64,000 nucleotides of DNA from positions 3,472,001 through 3,536,000 of the forward strand of contig JAYWIR010000019.1 in assembly GCA_036172245.1 (NCBI GenBank). The letters are read 5' to 3'. Below the pieces are notes generated by a model. The model was not told the DNA's origin. It worked only from the letters and a program-made list of their open reading frames with translations, and did not search any database. The stretch is from Raillietiella orientalis. Lineage: Eukaryota. Shown piece after piece: positions 37,821 to 50,919 of this stretch (position 1 is the first letter of the stretch; every line of letters begins with the position of its first letter). Made by a program: the position numbers and the translations under genes.

Positions 37821-40800
37821 GTCGCGTCATGGGTTTCAGACCTCCTCACAAGGTGATGACTCCGGGATGGCTCCAGGCTTCGGCTGTGCACTTCCAATAC
37901 GCAGCTCTCTGGTCAGAAGGCCAGAGGTCCCGTTGGCTAGCAGAGTCAAGGATGGAGTTTTCCCTAGATATCTTTTTTTTTTAAAAAAAAAAAGGAAAAG
38001 AAGGATCTTCGTCAGCGGAGCGACGTGATTGTTTTTGGCATCAGCCTTTGGCCACCTGCGCGTTCCTGTCGTCGCGGGGTGCAGCAGCTACGCGTGAACC
38101 ACCAGTCCTTATCTGCATCTTCCGCTTCCCTCTTCCTATTCCTCCATCGTCCGTGCATTTCTTTTACAGGGACTTCCTCTTCCGATGTCGGTCCTTTGGG
38201 AGCAACGATGCTGTTGGTCTCCTCTCTCCCTTGACTCTCCGCGCAGGGATCATAAGGGAGAGCTCGTGTTTCCCGGAGGAACAAAGGAGAAGAGGAAGGA
38301 AAAGTTTGCTTCCTGAGCTCCAGTTGGGGTTCCTCTAGATTCCCCTTCTTTTCTTCCGTTGAACCTAAAGTCTCGAGTGCCCGTTGCGCAGCAGCGGCCA
38401 GCCAACGCAACGAGCGCTCGCCGCCGCCTCCAGCCAGCTCTTCCAACCTCAGTGCCTCTCGCAGGAGCGGGCTCGCCTGCACCCATCCCGGCCGGTTTCC
38501 AGGAAAATGCCGGTTCCAAAAGAAAGAAAAAAAAATCTTCTGAAAATTTCGGGACGCCACGTGAGACGGGTGTCGACGAAAAAGAGCGGGGTAGGAAACC
38601 CAGGAATGAAGAAGAGATGGGACGAAACCTCTGGTCCACGTACTTACCTCGCAACAAGCGAACTGCTTTCCTGACCACTTGAGCGGGTCGCGGCGACCCG
38701 TACCCTTGCAGGGGTCAGCGTTGTCAGAGTCTCCCACGGGAGGGATCGTGGACCTTTCCCTCCCCTCTCGTCCTGCAGCCAGGAGCTCCAGCCTTTGCCG
38801 TTACCTTTCCTGCAAGTGGCAGCAAGGCTGGCAGGGGGAGTGCGAGCGAACCTTCTCCTGGGGAGGAGAGGAGGAAGTGAAGAGGAGGAGGAAAAAGGGA
38901 AGAGTAAGAAGCAGGAAGTGAGGAGGAGGGTGGCAGCGGTCTCATTCGAGAGATTGGAGGATGCTGCCCCAGGCCTTCCCTTCGGATCCCTCGAAGGCAA
39001 TTGCCGCGCGGAGGCGGTCGCCGTTCGAGAGGGGGGAAAAAAAGGCCGGCGATCCCTCGGGAACGCATCTTCTCCATGGAAGGAAGCAAAGGGATTCGGG
39101 CGAGCGGAAATTTCCTCTACGCCGTCCCTTGCCGAGCGCGGCACGAAGATACGGAAATTTCCCCGGGGCAGCAAGCTTGCATGCGTTCCGGGAAGTCGAA
39201 CCTCTGGAGAACCGGGTGTGATCTGCAGCCCCGCATGCAAACCGTGGGGACTGCATGGGAGGGCAGCACTTCCTGACTCAGGATTCGTGACCAAGAGCAA
39301 GGCAGGAAGTTCTTCGTTGGTTTTCGTTTTCGTTTTCCATTCTTCCCATCACTCTTGGATACTTTCCCGCATCCCATTGATCGGGAACGAAATCGTCTTT
39401 GGCGGTGTTGTTGTCCCTTTCCTCCCGAAAACCACGTGGACGCGAGCGCAAAGGATTCCCGCAAGGGAGAGGTCTTGGCAACCCGCCCGTCCGTTGGAAA
39501 TGGGGATCTTAATAAATTCTTTTTCTTTCCTTTTTCAAGTCAGGGTAAGAGAGGCGTTCCTGCAGGATGGCCAGGAAGCCGAGTCAATGAGAGTGAGGGA
39601 GGACTCATTGGACGGATGCCGCTCCTCCCTCACAGTGCAGCATGGTCAGGGTCCTCGAAAGGTTTCTGGAGGAAGAGCCATGAGTGAGCAAAAAGTATCC
39701 CAGAGACGGAAATCTCCAAAGAAACAGCGCATTCCTCTCCGGAAGCGACGCTGCTGCATTGCCGGCGCCGGCATGAGGGCGATGGGCCGTCGGTAGCACT
39801 TGACGACCCTCCTCTGCTGAAGATGCGGCCTCCGTGGCGGACCCTTCAGAGCTGCGTCTCAAAGTGCAGCGCAGTTTTCGCTAGCAGGTCCGGTTCCCGG
39901 GAATCTGACTAGCGGCTGCTTCCGGGTATGATTGGTGGATGGTCCTATCAAAGGACGCGGCGCGGTTCCCCTTCCGCAAGGGAAGGAGGAGGCCCTGATG
40001 TCGCCTGTCTCCAAGTTCACCAAGAAGTAAAAAAAAGAGAGGTCTCCTACGCCCTCGAGTTTGGAAGGTGAAGGAAGGCGGTGACTTGCGCGCGCGTTCC
40101 GGAACTAACTTCCGGTTGCCGCCGGCGGGACGAAGGAAGGAATCAGGCTCAAGGATCGTGCTCTCATCTGCGATCTCATTTCCTCGTTGATCGCTCTTTC
40201 TGCTTCTTCGGAGCCGGAACGTTTGATCGTTTTCGCAGCTCACGCCCCCTCGCCGTCTCCGGACGTTCGGGAAGCTCTTCCATCTTCCCCTATCTTCCGC
40301 CTGCTTGGCTTTTCCGCGTCACGGCGGGTATCTGGACAACAGCCGCACACCGCAGGAGTGAGGGGGAGTCGCTGCGCGAGGGCTGCGCAGCCGCTCGCGC
40401 AGCAGTGAGAGCGGCTCCGGCGAGGAGCAACCAGGCAACGGGACCCTTCCCGACTGCGCGGAAGCAGAATCTCCGGCGGACTCGCTTCCTCTGTCTGCTC
40501 CAGGCTCACCACGCTGGTGCCATAGCCATTCTTACGCGGTCCACCGCAATCGGCCCTGGGGTTGACCTGCTTGTTCGCGCGCGTCAACGCACCTTTGTGT
40601 TCCCCGACGGCTCCCTCTCCTCCCCGAGACAACGTCGCTCGCGGCGACGAGCTTTTTGACCGTGTCCAGGCGCGTTCCCTCCCGGCGCGCGCGCGCACGC
40701 GCCATCTTCCACCGAGAAAGACGGACTCTGACAGGTGGCAGACGGACCGAGAAGGCATCTTCCGCTCCGTCTGCCACTCGTCGGCGCGCCTCGGCTCAGC

Positions 40801-43800
40801 TGGGCGCCCGGGACTCCCGTCCTTGGGAGTGTGGCGCATTCTACGAGGATGGTGTCATCCACCGTCCGCACCCATCGTCCGCCCGCAGCTCACGTGGAGG
40901 GATGCTCATTAGTGGCAGAACAAGATCAAAGCGTTTCTCGGAGGAGGAAAGTCGACGGAGGAAGAGGGGAAAGCTGCGCATTCTACCCCCACTGCCTAGT
41001 CAACGCCATTCCGAAGAACAGCTAATTCCGAGGTTCGCGTGAGACAAGGAGGACAACCGGGGAGGATGGGAGCGGGGGATCGAGCCGGCTGCAGATAGGA
41101 TGCGAAGTCTCCCTCTTCAGAAGCAGCACCTGAGGCAGCACCTACCTCCCTCTTTCCCTTCGAGAGAACGCCCCGGGAGATCGTCCGCCTACGCTCATGC
41201 CAGGGGAAGCGGCAGGCTATTTTTAGACCTGCTGCTGTAGACGCCGTGAGAGTGACACCAATCGGGAAGAGGAGTCCCGCATAGTAGCATCCGGAAGAAT
41301 TGCCCGACCTTCACTTTTTCCCACGGATCGAAGGACAGGAAACTCAGCACAGGCAGTTTTTCGCGCGGAGGCAGCGGCAAGGGTAAGTCAGCCGTGCTCT
41401 TCGTCTTTAGCAAGGGAGGGATGAAGCGTCGCTCACGATCTTGAGGTGGCCCTCGATCTGACACCGATCGGTCGCCGACTGGAACAAAGTGCGCGGTTGG
41501 CGGTGCCGGAAGGGTCGGGCAACCAGCAGAAGAGGCTCTTTCGCGCTCTCGGGACTTGCATCGAGCAGTCGCTAAGAAGACGGTTGCGAAGGATGCAGAA
41601 GGCGCGCGGATTCTCGAAGAACGAGGAAAGGGCGCCTGGATCAGACGGTCTCTGAGGCCAAGCAGACACGTTCTCAACGGATCGATAAACTGGTGGAGAG
41701 GCAACTCGGAAAGAAAACGCCTCTTCATCCCGCGGGATCGCGAGAGGACTCGTAGGCACCTGCCGAGCTTTCCTCGAGGACCAGCGTCCCGAACATCTTG
41801 CAGGCCGGACTAGGGACGCGCTGGATGCCGGGCAGGCGACAGCGCGAGCTGTTCGAGCGCAGAACGAAGCGGGGAGACGGGCAAAGGAGAAGATGGCGGC
41901 AAAGAGAGGACGGGCGGGGGATGAGTGGATACTCGGTGAGCCGTCCCTGGATCTGCCTGCTGTATCCCGTGCACAGAGGTACAATCTGCCAAAGAAAGGT
42001 GACACGAAATGACCCGGACGGCTTGCGTAGGACGCGACTATGGTCTTTGGGGGTGTCAGAAAGGGGCTGAAAGAGCAAGAAGGCGGCATCATGGGTGGGG
42101 TGTGTGCCATCTTCCTCCCCTTCCCCACTTCCCCCTTCCCATCTCCATCCTGGAAAGGAGTGCCGGAGGAAACGCGTTCACGTTTCTTCAGCACGGAAGA
42201 GGCAGACGTGTGCGTGGAGCCGCCGCCTTTTCGATCATCTCGCGCTTTTGGCGGCAGAGGACCGCGTGAGGAACGGGAGGCGGTTGTTCTGAGACTCCAG
42301 TTTGCAGGAAGAAGCAGCATTTCCTCGAGTGTCTCGCAACAGCAGCCGGTGGAGAGTTGGAGGCGGCGCTCTGAGCAGCGGCTCAGAGACGCACGCCAGA
42401 GGTCGGCTGCCTGCAAAACCCGCCTCCGGCGGCTTGTCCTCACAGTGGAAACCTCCATGGGTCGGATGCAGATCGACCAAGAGGGCATCCCGGCACATCC
42501 GCGTAGGGGTTTTCGGAAACGCGAGCAGAAAAGCCTGATGCCTACAGTCGGAAATCTTCGATGGTGGGGACGTTTCCCCTTCTGCCCTTTCGTTCCCATG
42601 GTTACCAGCTGCGAGGATCGGCTCACTCTGCTGCCCGAGTATCGCATCGACGCAGACGGGAAAATCTGTGGCGATGGCCCCCCGCTGTGCTCTCCACATT
42701 GATTCCCGAGAGAAGAGGGAGGATGCTTGCAGCCCTCTGCATGCCGAAGGTGGTGAGTGAGAGATGCAGAGTGTGCCGGGGTGCTGGGGTGGACCCAAAG
42801 CCTTGAGCACGGGCAGTATCACAGGCGAGGAAGGCGACTGAGCCGTGATTATTGCTAGTTGAAAACTTGACTCAAAGCCTTCTCGAGATGTTTCCGTTTC
42901 CGTGCAAGAGGCACGTCTTATAGAGAGCACTGGTTTTCCTGGAGTCCAGATGCGAAGTCCGTTGAAGCCTTCTTTGGTGGGGATTTATGGCAATCCAGGT
43001 GCTAGCATCTCTTAGGAACTTGTTCGACCCTCTCTCGCCCCTCTTTTCCAGTGACGTCAGAGCTTCGTAGTCATGGCACCGCTAAAGGTCGCTATCCAGC
43101 TGAGGGCTCCTCGAAGAGAACGCCCAATCGAAGAAGAATCGAAGAAGTCTGGGTTGCCAAGTCGTCAACCGGCGATTGAGGATCGGAGTATACTCTAGAA
43201 GGGCCTCAAGAAGTTGCAGATGCAGGTGCACATGCGCAAGAGAGGAAAAATACACCTCGAGGAAATAGGAAAGTCGCCCGCCAGTATGTAGCGAAGATGA
43301 TGCGGAAGTTGGAGATTTTCCGAGCAGACAAGTTTCCTGAGATGCATCTGCCGCACCGAGAGGAAGTAGTGGCACAGGCGGACGATGAAAAAACGACCAG
43401 GTCCGGTCCGTGGGCTCCTCGCCTTCACGTGGAGACAGCATCTGGATTGTGTTTCCAGGAAGCGCGCTGGTAGCCATGGAGGATACATTCTCACTTCCCT
43501 CTCATTCTCGATCCCTCGCAGAGAGGACAGCCAGCCGGGGAAGAGGATGGGTCTAACTTGAAAAGATAAGCAGGTGCTTGGAGGGGATTAGGAAAAAGAC
43601 CCTCAAGCGAGTAAAGCGCTGAGGCGAGGGAACCCAAAGTCGCTTGCGAACGCCTCTGGCCTAAAAGAATGAGAGGAGTCTGCGTTCATTCCCATGGCAG
43701 AGTAAGGGAAAGACGATGCAGGGCTGAAGAGCTGGGAGGAAAGGGACCGTCTTCGTCGTGAGTAGAGAGAAGGAGAGCACACTCTTTCATTAAGAGACTC

Positions 43801-44499
43801 TGCTCCCGAAACGTGAGACCAGAGGGAATGTTCATTCTGCGGGGGAGGAAATTGAGAACACCCTCCTCCGTTTCCTTGACAACAACATCTTTCCATGAAC
43901 ATTAGGATGAAAGGACAACAAACAAATGAAACAAACAGCAGCAGACAATGCCAATCAAGCGAGGGCGTCTGTAGTGGTCCGCGTCGAAAGTGGACCCCGG
44001 CTGCGTGGCAATCTTCAACCTGGTTTCCGAGATTACCGAGAATCAAAAAAGAGGCGCCAAAGAGAAGATCCCACATTCTTGAGTTTTGGGGAACGGTCTC
44101 GAAGTTGCTGCTTGCGTCTGAGATCTCATTCCTTCCCTGATCGCTCTTTCTCAAGAACGGTCCACCACTTCTTTTTTGATTCGCCCGGAATGTTCGAACG
44201 TTTCTCAGCTCCCGACCCCCTTGCTAGCTCCAAATGCTCTGGAAGCTCCCCGTCTTCCTTGATCTTCCAAGATAAAGAATACAAGATCCGGGATCCAAGA
44301 TCCCGTGCTTAACGGATGAATGATCTTCCAAGATCTCGGACCTTATTTCCAAAGGAACAAGGTTCGAGATCCGAGATCGGTGGCTGCCAGCGTTCCTGCG
44401 ATCTTCTCTTGGTTTGTTGCAGGAAGGAGACCGGAAGTTGTTGCCAGCTTTTTCTTCTCGTTCCCGCTGAAGATGACAGCAGATGACAATAAGGAGAAA

Positions 44500-44980
44500 A
44501 AGTGGTACTCATCGAAAATGTCAAGGGATTCTGTCGTCACTAGTCCGGTTCCCGTGACCTGGAGAGACTCGTCCATCAAATTAATTGACTCGAGAGTTTT
44601 GGGCAGCTGCAGGCTACGGCCGCATGCCGCGAGGGCTCTGGGCAGCGGAAGAGGCTGCACTCCTTGCAGCTACCTTCTCAGGAAGCTTCTGAGGGGAGGA
44701 AAGGAAGAGGAGGAATGTGCATTTGCCACGAGATGTCCGTCATCACGGGATGAAGACTTCCTCTCCAGGAACTCCAGTGAAGGAGGAAAAGATGGGATGT
44801 CCCAAAATGAAAGCAGTCGGCGATTCCTACTTCTCTCTGCTTCTGGAGGAGGACTCGAGTGGCGCCACCGCGATGAGACCGAGAAAGGTTCCAACGTGGT
44901 CATCCCGCCGTGTCCTGGAAGGAATGGAACATCTCTGCGCTTTGCTGCGAACAATCTAAAACGAAAGGAGATGTCACGCG
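44500..44980 (+). mobile_element. Very degraded CR1/Jockey-like RT remnant
   Basis: 'PVPVTWRDSSIKLI', 'GCPK..VGDSYFSLL' and 'FAANNLK' occur in the order of RT motifs P..WK.A.I, PQG and FADD.K. Confidence 0.3.
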
Positions 44981-45194
44981 CATCCAGCTATCCCAGAGGC
45001 TGGAGTTCTCCTACACGAAATAGGCGGCCGTTTCGTGTCCCCAACACACGATGGCAGCTTGGCGGTGACCGGCGGGCAGGCTTCAATCCTTCGTGATTTT
45101 GCATCAGGAAAGTTTCACTGAAGACTTATTTCTACGGTCCATCTCCAGTTTCCCCAAAACTGACTAGACGTTTAGCTTGCTCCCAGGGTCAGCT

Positions 45195-45335
45195 CTATTT
45201 TCCCAACCGGAGGGGAACCACGAAAGGAACCGGTGCTCCTTGATTCCCGGAAGGACCACTGAGGGTCAACTTGCAACCTTGGTTAGTCGACGGGGGTATC
45301 CAGGGGGTTTCCGGCTTCCACCAGTGCCGCACCGG
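45195..45335 (-). mobile_element. 3' half of a SINE-like copy whose head lies at 56551-56700
   Basis: 'ccttgattcccggaaggaccactgagggtcaacttgca..ggtttccggcttccaccagtgccgcaccgg' is homologous to 12843-12935 and to the reverse complement of 29475-29600. Confidence 0.7.
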
Positions 45336-47139
45336 CCATTTTGAAGTTGTCAAGTTTCGTATGCTATTTTAATCTCAATCTATGTTGACTAATAAATATG
45401 CCTTCGGTTGGAACTGCTATAAATTCAGCTCCTTTAGGTAAAACAACTCCGCTGTATGGAAAAAAACAGTAGGGATACTGAATCCCAGCTATATGCAGCA
45501 TTCAGAGTATCCTGCTATTACCAAACAAGATTCTGAAGCTGAACAGGAGGAAAAAAATGGAAAGAAGAAAAGGAGAAAAACCAGGTGGGATAATGACGAT
45601 AGAAAGGAAATTCTTATTTCTATCTATTATATTATCCATTTTTCCTTGCAATCTCTCTAAATCACGAGAAGAAGCATATATCATGTAGCTACAGATTGAA
45701 GAATTGAGTCGCATGCTTAGAACAAGTGACCTGGGAGCCCCGGTCAACCTTGATGAAAGGTCACCATCACCAGAACCAGTAGTGATGGCAAGCGGCTCAA
45801 CACTCGGGGATTTCGTACAAGGAAAAAAAAACTAGAAGATGACCGTCACATGCTGATTCAGAGACTGATGTGCATCAACATGGATTACAAACCACCAGTC
45901 ACTCGAGTGAGTGATAAGGTGATGATTTCTCAAGATACATATCCTGACATAAACTTTATGGGCTTGCTCATAGGTCCCCGGGGAAATATATTGCAAGCAA
46001 TGAAGGAGGATACTGGGATCAAAATTATCATTAGAGGAAAAGGATCCGTGAAGGAAAGCTTGGAAGGAAAGTTGGGCAGCCCTTAACAGGAGAGGATAAG
46101 CCTCTGCATGAATATGTTACTGCACATAACATTGAAAGTGTTAAGAAAGCGGTATATAAAATCGAAGAAATTATTAGACAAGGGACTGGAGTACCAGAAG
46201 GGCAAAATTATTTGCGCAGAAATCAGTTAAGAGAGCTGGCCTTGCTAAATGGGACACTGCGTGAATCAGATGGTTTTCGTTGTACCAACTGTGGTGCCAT
46301 TATGCATAAGTCTTGGCAGTGTCCTGAGAAACCCAACATGACTAACATAACACAGTACTGTGCAGTATCTGTAGGGGAGCTGGTCATATCAGTAAGAACT
46401 GCATGCAGAAAGGTGCTGGCGCTGAAGCATCTAATCTGGACAAGAGCAAAAACAGTTGAAGAGTATATGTCGCTAATGGCACAACTTGGTGAAGGGCCTC
46501 CTTCACCACAAAAGGAAGGCATGACTGCTGCTGCTAGGTCTCGTTTTATGGCAGCAGCATATACCTCAGTAACTCTGTTTGCTCCACGGGTGGCACCTCG
46601 CCAAGTTATGGCTCCACCTCCACAGCCACCAGGTCAAACTGAGTATCCTGAAGGTACAAAACTTGGCAGTCAGCACTGGTCTCAGCATCATCAACAATGA
46701 TGACTCCTTTAGCTCCCCCAGGTGTTTTCGGCTGGAAAATTTTGCCACGAATTCCACCAAGCGCTGCACCTCTACTGCCACCCTCATTACTTCAAGGGCC
46801 TCCTTCATCAACAGCTATGCTGGCTACTACTGGTACTCCTATGGTGAGCCATCTGCTCCAATTCCTCCTTGACATCAATCTCCTCCTCCTCTTCCACTGA
46901 GAATGTCCATGACTCCTTGGCAGAAACTTTCACCTCCACCTGTACCAATGCCACCTCCCAGAGCATCTCTAAATCCTGGTCAGCCACTTCCTTGGTTGCA
47001 AGGATATTCTAATATCCACAATCAGCACAAGTTCCATCCACGTCTTCTGAGAACATAGATTTAAACGCATTAGCACAGGCAGACCTTCCTAATTTTCTGG
47101 CATCTTCCCCACCAGCTCCACCTACTTGACTTGTTTCAT
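45336..47139 (+). pseudogene. SF1: Processed pseudogene of splicing factor 1 (branchpoint-binding protein)
   Basis: ATG 45398 'MPSVGTAINSAPLGK', then 'KKRRKTRW', 'RSPSPEP', KH domain 'YPDINFMGLLIGPRGN..IIIRGKGSVKE', QUA2 'QLRELALLNGTLRE', zinc knuckle 'CTNCGAIMHKSWQC' and a Pro-rich tail ending at TGA 47127-47129. Continuous with no introns; multiple stops and frameshifts. Confidence 0.92.
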
Positions 47140-48075
47140 GTACAACGATGCACTTTGTTCCCGGCGCGTCGGCGCGCGCGGGTGTCCGATCGCGCACCAA
47201 GCTGGGAAGATACGCCTGCGAGGGCGCGTACCTGTAGCGCGCACGCTGGGACCAGAAAGATGGTGAACTGCACCTGGCCAGGACGAAGCCAGAGGAAATT
47301 CTGGCGGAGGTCCGCAGCGGTCCCCATGTGCAAATTGGTCTGGCTGAGAGTTGGATATCTGATTCATGCAGTGTCCCATTTAGGAGCGAAAGACGAATCG
47401 AACCATCTGGTGCATACTGGTTCCCTTTGAAGTTTCCCTCAGGATGGCTGGCGCTCACTGAAGAGGAAAAGGAAAGGAGTCTCATCCGGTAAAGCGACTG
47501 ATTAGAGAACTTGGGGCCAAAATGACCTCAACCTATTCTCAAACTTGAAATGGGCGAGAAGTCCGGCTTGTTTGGAAGCTGGAGATCAACTATCAGATCC
47601 ATGAGCGCTCAGTGGGCCAATTTCGGTAAGCAGAACTGGTTCTGTGGAATGAACCAAGCGTTAGGTTACCGCGCCAGTTGCGACTCTCATCAGATCCTAT
47701 GAAAGGTGCTGGTTGCTATGGACAGCAGCACGGTGGCCATGGAAGTCGGAATACGCTAAGGAGTGTGTAACGACTCACCTGCCGAAGCAACTAGCCCTGA
47801 AAATGGATGGCGCTCAAGCGTCGAGCCTGCACCCAACCGCCGGGACAGAGCCGTTCCTGCCTTCCGGACACGTTCCATCGAGGAAGAGCTGGGCTCAGGG
47901 CTCAGAGGAAGAGGAAGGCTGGTTCCTCAGGTTCCATCGAGTAGGAGGGTAACGACGGTGTGCGCAGAATGGTTTGGGCGTGAGCTCGTCTGGAGCCGCA
48001 GTCAGCGCAGATCTTGGTGATATTAGCAAATACTCCATTGAGATCCTAGAGGTCTGATGTGGAAAGGGTTCCATG
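47140..48075 (+). rRNA. 28S rRNA pseudogene fragment (~0.93 kb)
   Basis: Conserved LSU blocks 'gaaagatggtgaact', 'gaagtttccctcaggat', 'acctattctcaaact', 'ggtaagcagaactgg', 'gctaaggagtgtgtaac.actcacctgccga', 'gcagatcttggtg' and 'agggttccatg', with many substitutions. Confidence 0.95.
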
Positions 48076-49590
48076 GTCTTTGAGCACGGTCCCTAGTCGA
48101 CCCCGAATCCTCGAAGAAATTTCCTGGTCTTCGTATGATAAGAGAAGGTTTTCTGGATTCTCCGGCTGGTTGTCGGTTTTCCTTGCGACGTGGGCTGCAT
48201 AGACATCACTGGAGTACCGGATGCACGAAGCCACTATCCGATGCCCCAGTTGCACCAATTTCTTTTTTGGGATTCCTAAATCTTGTAATACTTCATCACC
48301 AGGATAGCATGCTCCCAGAGAGCCAACGGTGAATGCTTGTAGTTTGCTTTGCTTTCCACCTTTTCCTAGCTGTAAGGCTATATCTTTGTATTTTCCTTCC
48401 TTGTTCTTCCTGACTGTGCTGAACGCCTCTCTTCCATTTTCCTATGGGCAGTAGACATCTAGCACACATACCTGGTTTCCTTATTTCATGACCAGGTCCG
48501 CTTCTAAGGTGGAAGCTCCTGGCACGATCTGGTTTCTTGACACAAGACTCCACTTTGTTTCATCCACTGTGGCCTTTCTGATGATTTCCTGAATCGCGCC
48601 GTGGAGTGCTATGGACAGAGAAACGTGTTTTTTTACATCTATTCATCATGTGGGACAACGTTTCGTCCTGTGTCCAGCAATGCCAACATATGTTTTTCTC
48701 TTTGTCCAATGTTGATTGGCAATACGTTGTCTTGCTGCGCGAATGAACTTGTAATCGTGAAATCTCAAGTGTTATCCATTGGTGTAGAAAAAGCTTGAGG
48801 CGTGATACACGTTGCATGGCTTTTCCTCCACTAATGTGATTTTGGATTAGGGACCGCCATGCGTCTTCCCTTTGCAGTGTTCTCACGCCGGTGGTAAGCT
48901 TTCTTCTCGTGCTGCTGGTGAAGATGACACCATCGACCGTTAAACCGTTGAAATTCCAGTGGATTTTCGCTCTTCTAGAGACCTTTCTTCCTTTTGACCA
49001 AAGGCTCTCTACGTCGTTTCCGGATAGTGCGGTTCTCCTGTATGAAATCCCCGTCATGAATTCTTCTAGATTTTCATCTGTCGGGCTTCGCGGATTCTTT
49101 TTTGGACCACTTGACCTAGTGTTTAATGCGTTGACCTTTTTACCGTGTTGTCTGGCAAGACGAGTAAATTGAAGCAGCCATGCATGGTAAACATGTCAGA
49201 CTCGGTAGGTAGCTTCATCAGTCCTAGGCAGACTTTGCTTCTTTCTCTCTTTCTCCGTACAGGTATTCATTAGTTGCCTAGGATGGAAGGTGCCAGGCCT
49301 TCTTAACTTTGCGTCTGATTTATTTATCTATATAGTGCCACTCTTCCTCTCGATGAGTTGCAAGCCTCTCGTAATGAACCAGGCTGGAAAAGAAGAAGGT
49401 TTTCATTGCATCCATCTTCTGGAATCCTGTTAGTTCATTATCTAGGATGGCACTTGCCTTCTGGCAAATATCCTCCTTGGACGGACACGAGTTAAATACC
49501 TTGAGACCGAAGGATTTCCCTAGGTATTTGCATGCCTCTGATAAGGCAGTACAAGAGATTTTCTCTTTTTTCACCTCAATGTGGATTTCT
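48076..49590 (-). mobile_element. NeSL/Utopia-like non-LTR element fragment with a restriction-like endonuclease (RLE)
   Basis: 'KYLGK..FQKMDAMKTFFF', 'SLWSKGRKVSRR', 'GKAM', 'RFHDYKFIRAAR', CCHC 'CWHCWTQDETLSHMMNRC' and RLE 'ADLVMK*GNQVCVLDVYCP*ENG..KEGKY..AFTVGSLG..IRYSSDVYAAH'. Truncated at both ends. Confidence 0.8.
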
Positions 49591-50919
49591 TTTGGCCCTC
49601 TCGGGGCTTTCCCGCTGTAGTACGACGATGCATACAGAGCCGCCGGTGACTTTAATGTACGCCTGGTGCCAGATGAGCCGGACCCAGAACAAAACCTAGT
49701 CAACGAGGTGTGCGTGGCGATGCACACACACAACTTGTTGGCCGAAGAATTGAAAATGGAGACCAGCATCTACCATGTCTTCCTTGATCAGTACCTGTGC
49801 TCCTGCGTGAGCAGGCGCAGCATGGTACGGTCGACGCTTCTGATCATTCCCGAACTGAGTTCGAAGTTCGACCGCGCGACAGGGGCCCTCCTCGGATGCG
49901 TGGAGTCTCCCAGGGAACTAGTTAAACCTTCCGGGATCCGTGGAACACCCCCGCGTGTTCTTACGGAGTTTTAGGCTTGAGGGCTGGGAGCGCTTCAAAC
50001 GCTCGGTCCGAGAGTTCTGTCAGCAGTTCCCCCTGGACCGCCTACATGCAGGCTTCAGAGTTTTCAACTAGCAATAATCGCGGCTCAGTCGCCTTCCTCG
50101 CCTACGATACTGCCTGTGCGCAAGGCTTCAGAGAGGGTGTCCATAACGAGCGGACATAACTGTGCGCCCGCCATTACAGCAGAAGCTTCATTAGCCCGAT
50201 ATCCGGAGGCTAGCAGAATACAGAGAGGGAGCTGAGACAAGCTTGGCGATCCGAGTCGGCCACCTTGCTGGACGACGAGGGCTGGGAGCCCTCGGCCCCG
50301 CACAGAGTAAGAGGCATAGTTTGCAAGTTATCCGGATCTGGATTTCGCAAGATTCGCGCTCCAGGAAGGTGCTCCCAGTGATCGGGGAGGAGCTCAGGAG
50401 AAGCCTCGACGAGCCTTTCTCGTCCAGTGAGATCATCACCGCGATCGGGAAGCTCAAGAGGCGTAAGACTCCAGGGAAGGATGGCCTGCCTTCGGAGTTT
50501 TTCCGATGCTTCGCGGCAGAGCTCACGTCCCTGGTACAGCAATTGACCTTGCTAATACGTGGCACAGCTTATTTTGCTCAGCTAAGGTAAGGCTCCTCCT
50601 CAAAGGTGGAGACCTCAGGAGCATTGGCTTCTGGCGGCCGATTACCGTGGTAAACGCGGTCGCTAAGTTTCTAGAGAAACTATGGGCGGAGAGGGCTAGG
50701 ACGAGTGGTGGAAAGCTTCATTAGCCCGAAGCAATCATATGCTGTTCCCAGGCGGAGCATGGACGCCAACCGGCTCTGTGCTAACACCTGGTTCGCGCTT
50801 CAACAGGAAAGGGAGATGATAGGCAACCGGAATTCCGGAGCGTCCGTCGGTCAGGGACGGGAAGGTCGGGCAGGGATGGGAGTTCTTGCGGCCTCAATTG
50901 ACTTGAACAAGGCGGTCGA
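49591..50919 (+). mobile_element. Tx1-like ORF2, 5' part (AP endonuclease C-terminal half and RT start)
   Basis: 'GDFNV' (49645), 'SDH' (49839), 'KTPGKDGLPSEFF', 'WRPITVVNAVAK', 'ISPKQ' and 'IDLNKAVD'. Confidence 0.88.

Noticed and set aside
38012..42930. Long ORFs (241-404 aa) as genes
   Set aside because: Overlapping Arg/Ser/Pro-rich ORFs on both strands in GC-rich DNA, with no recognisable domain.
45850..46700. Functional SF1 gene
   Set aside because: Multiple stops and frameshifts that cannot be explained by introns.
47140..48075. Functional rDNA unit with a canonical R2 insertion
   Set aside because: Isolated, mutated fragment with no 18S or 5.8S. The R2 target (TTAAGG/TAGCCA) is not in the fragment and the neighbouring element is antisense.
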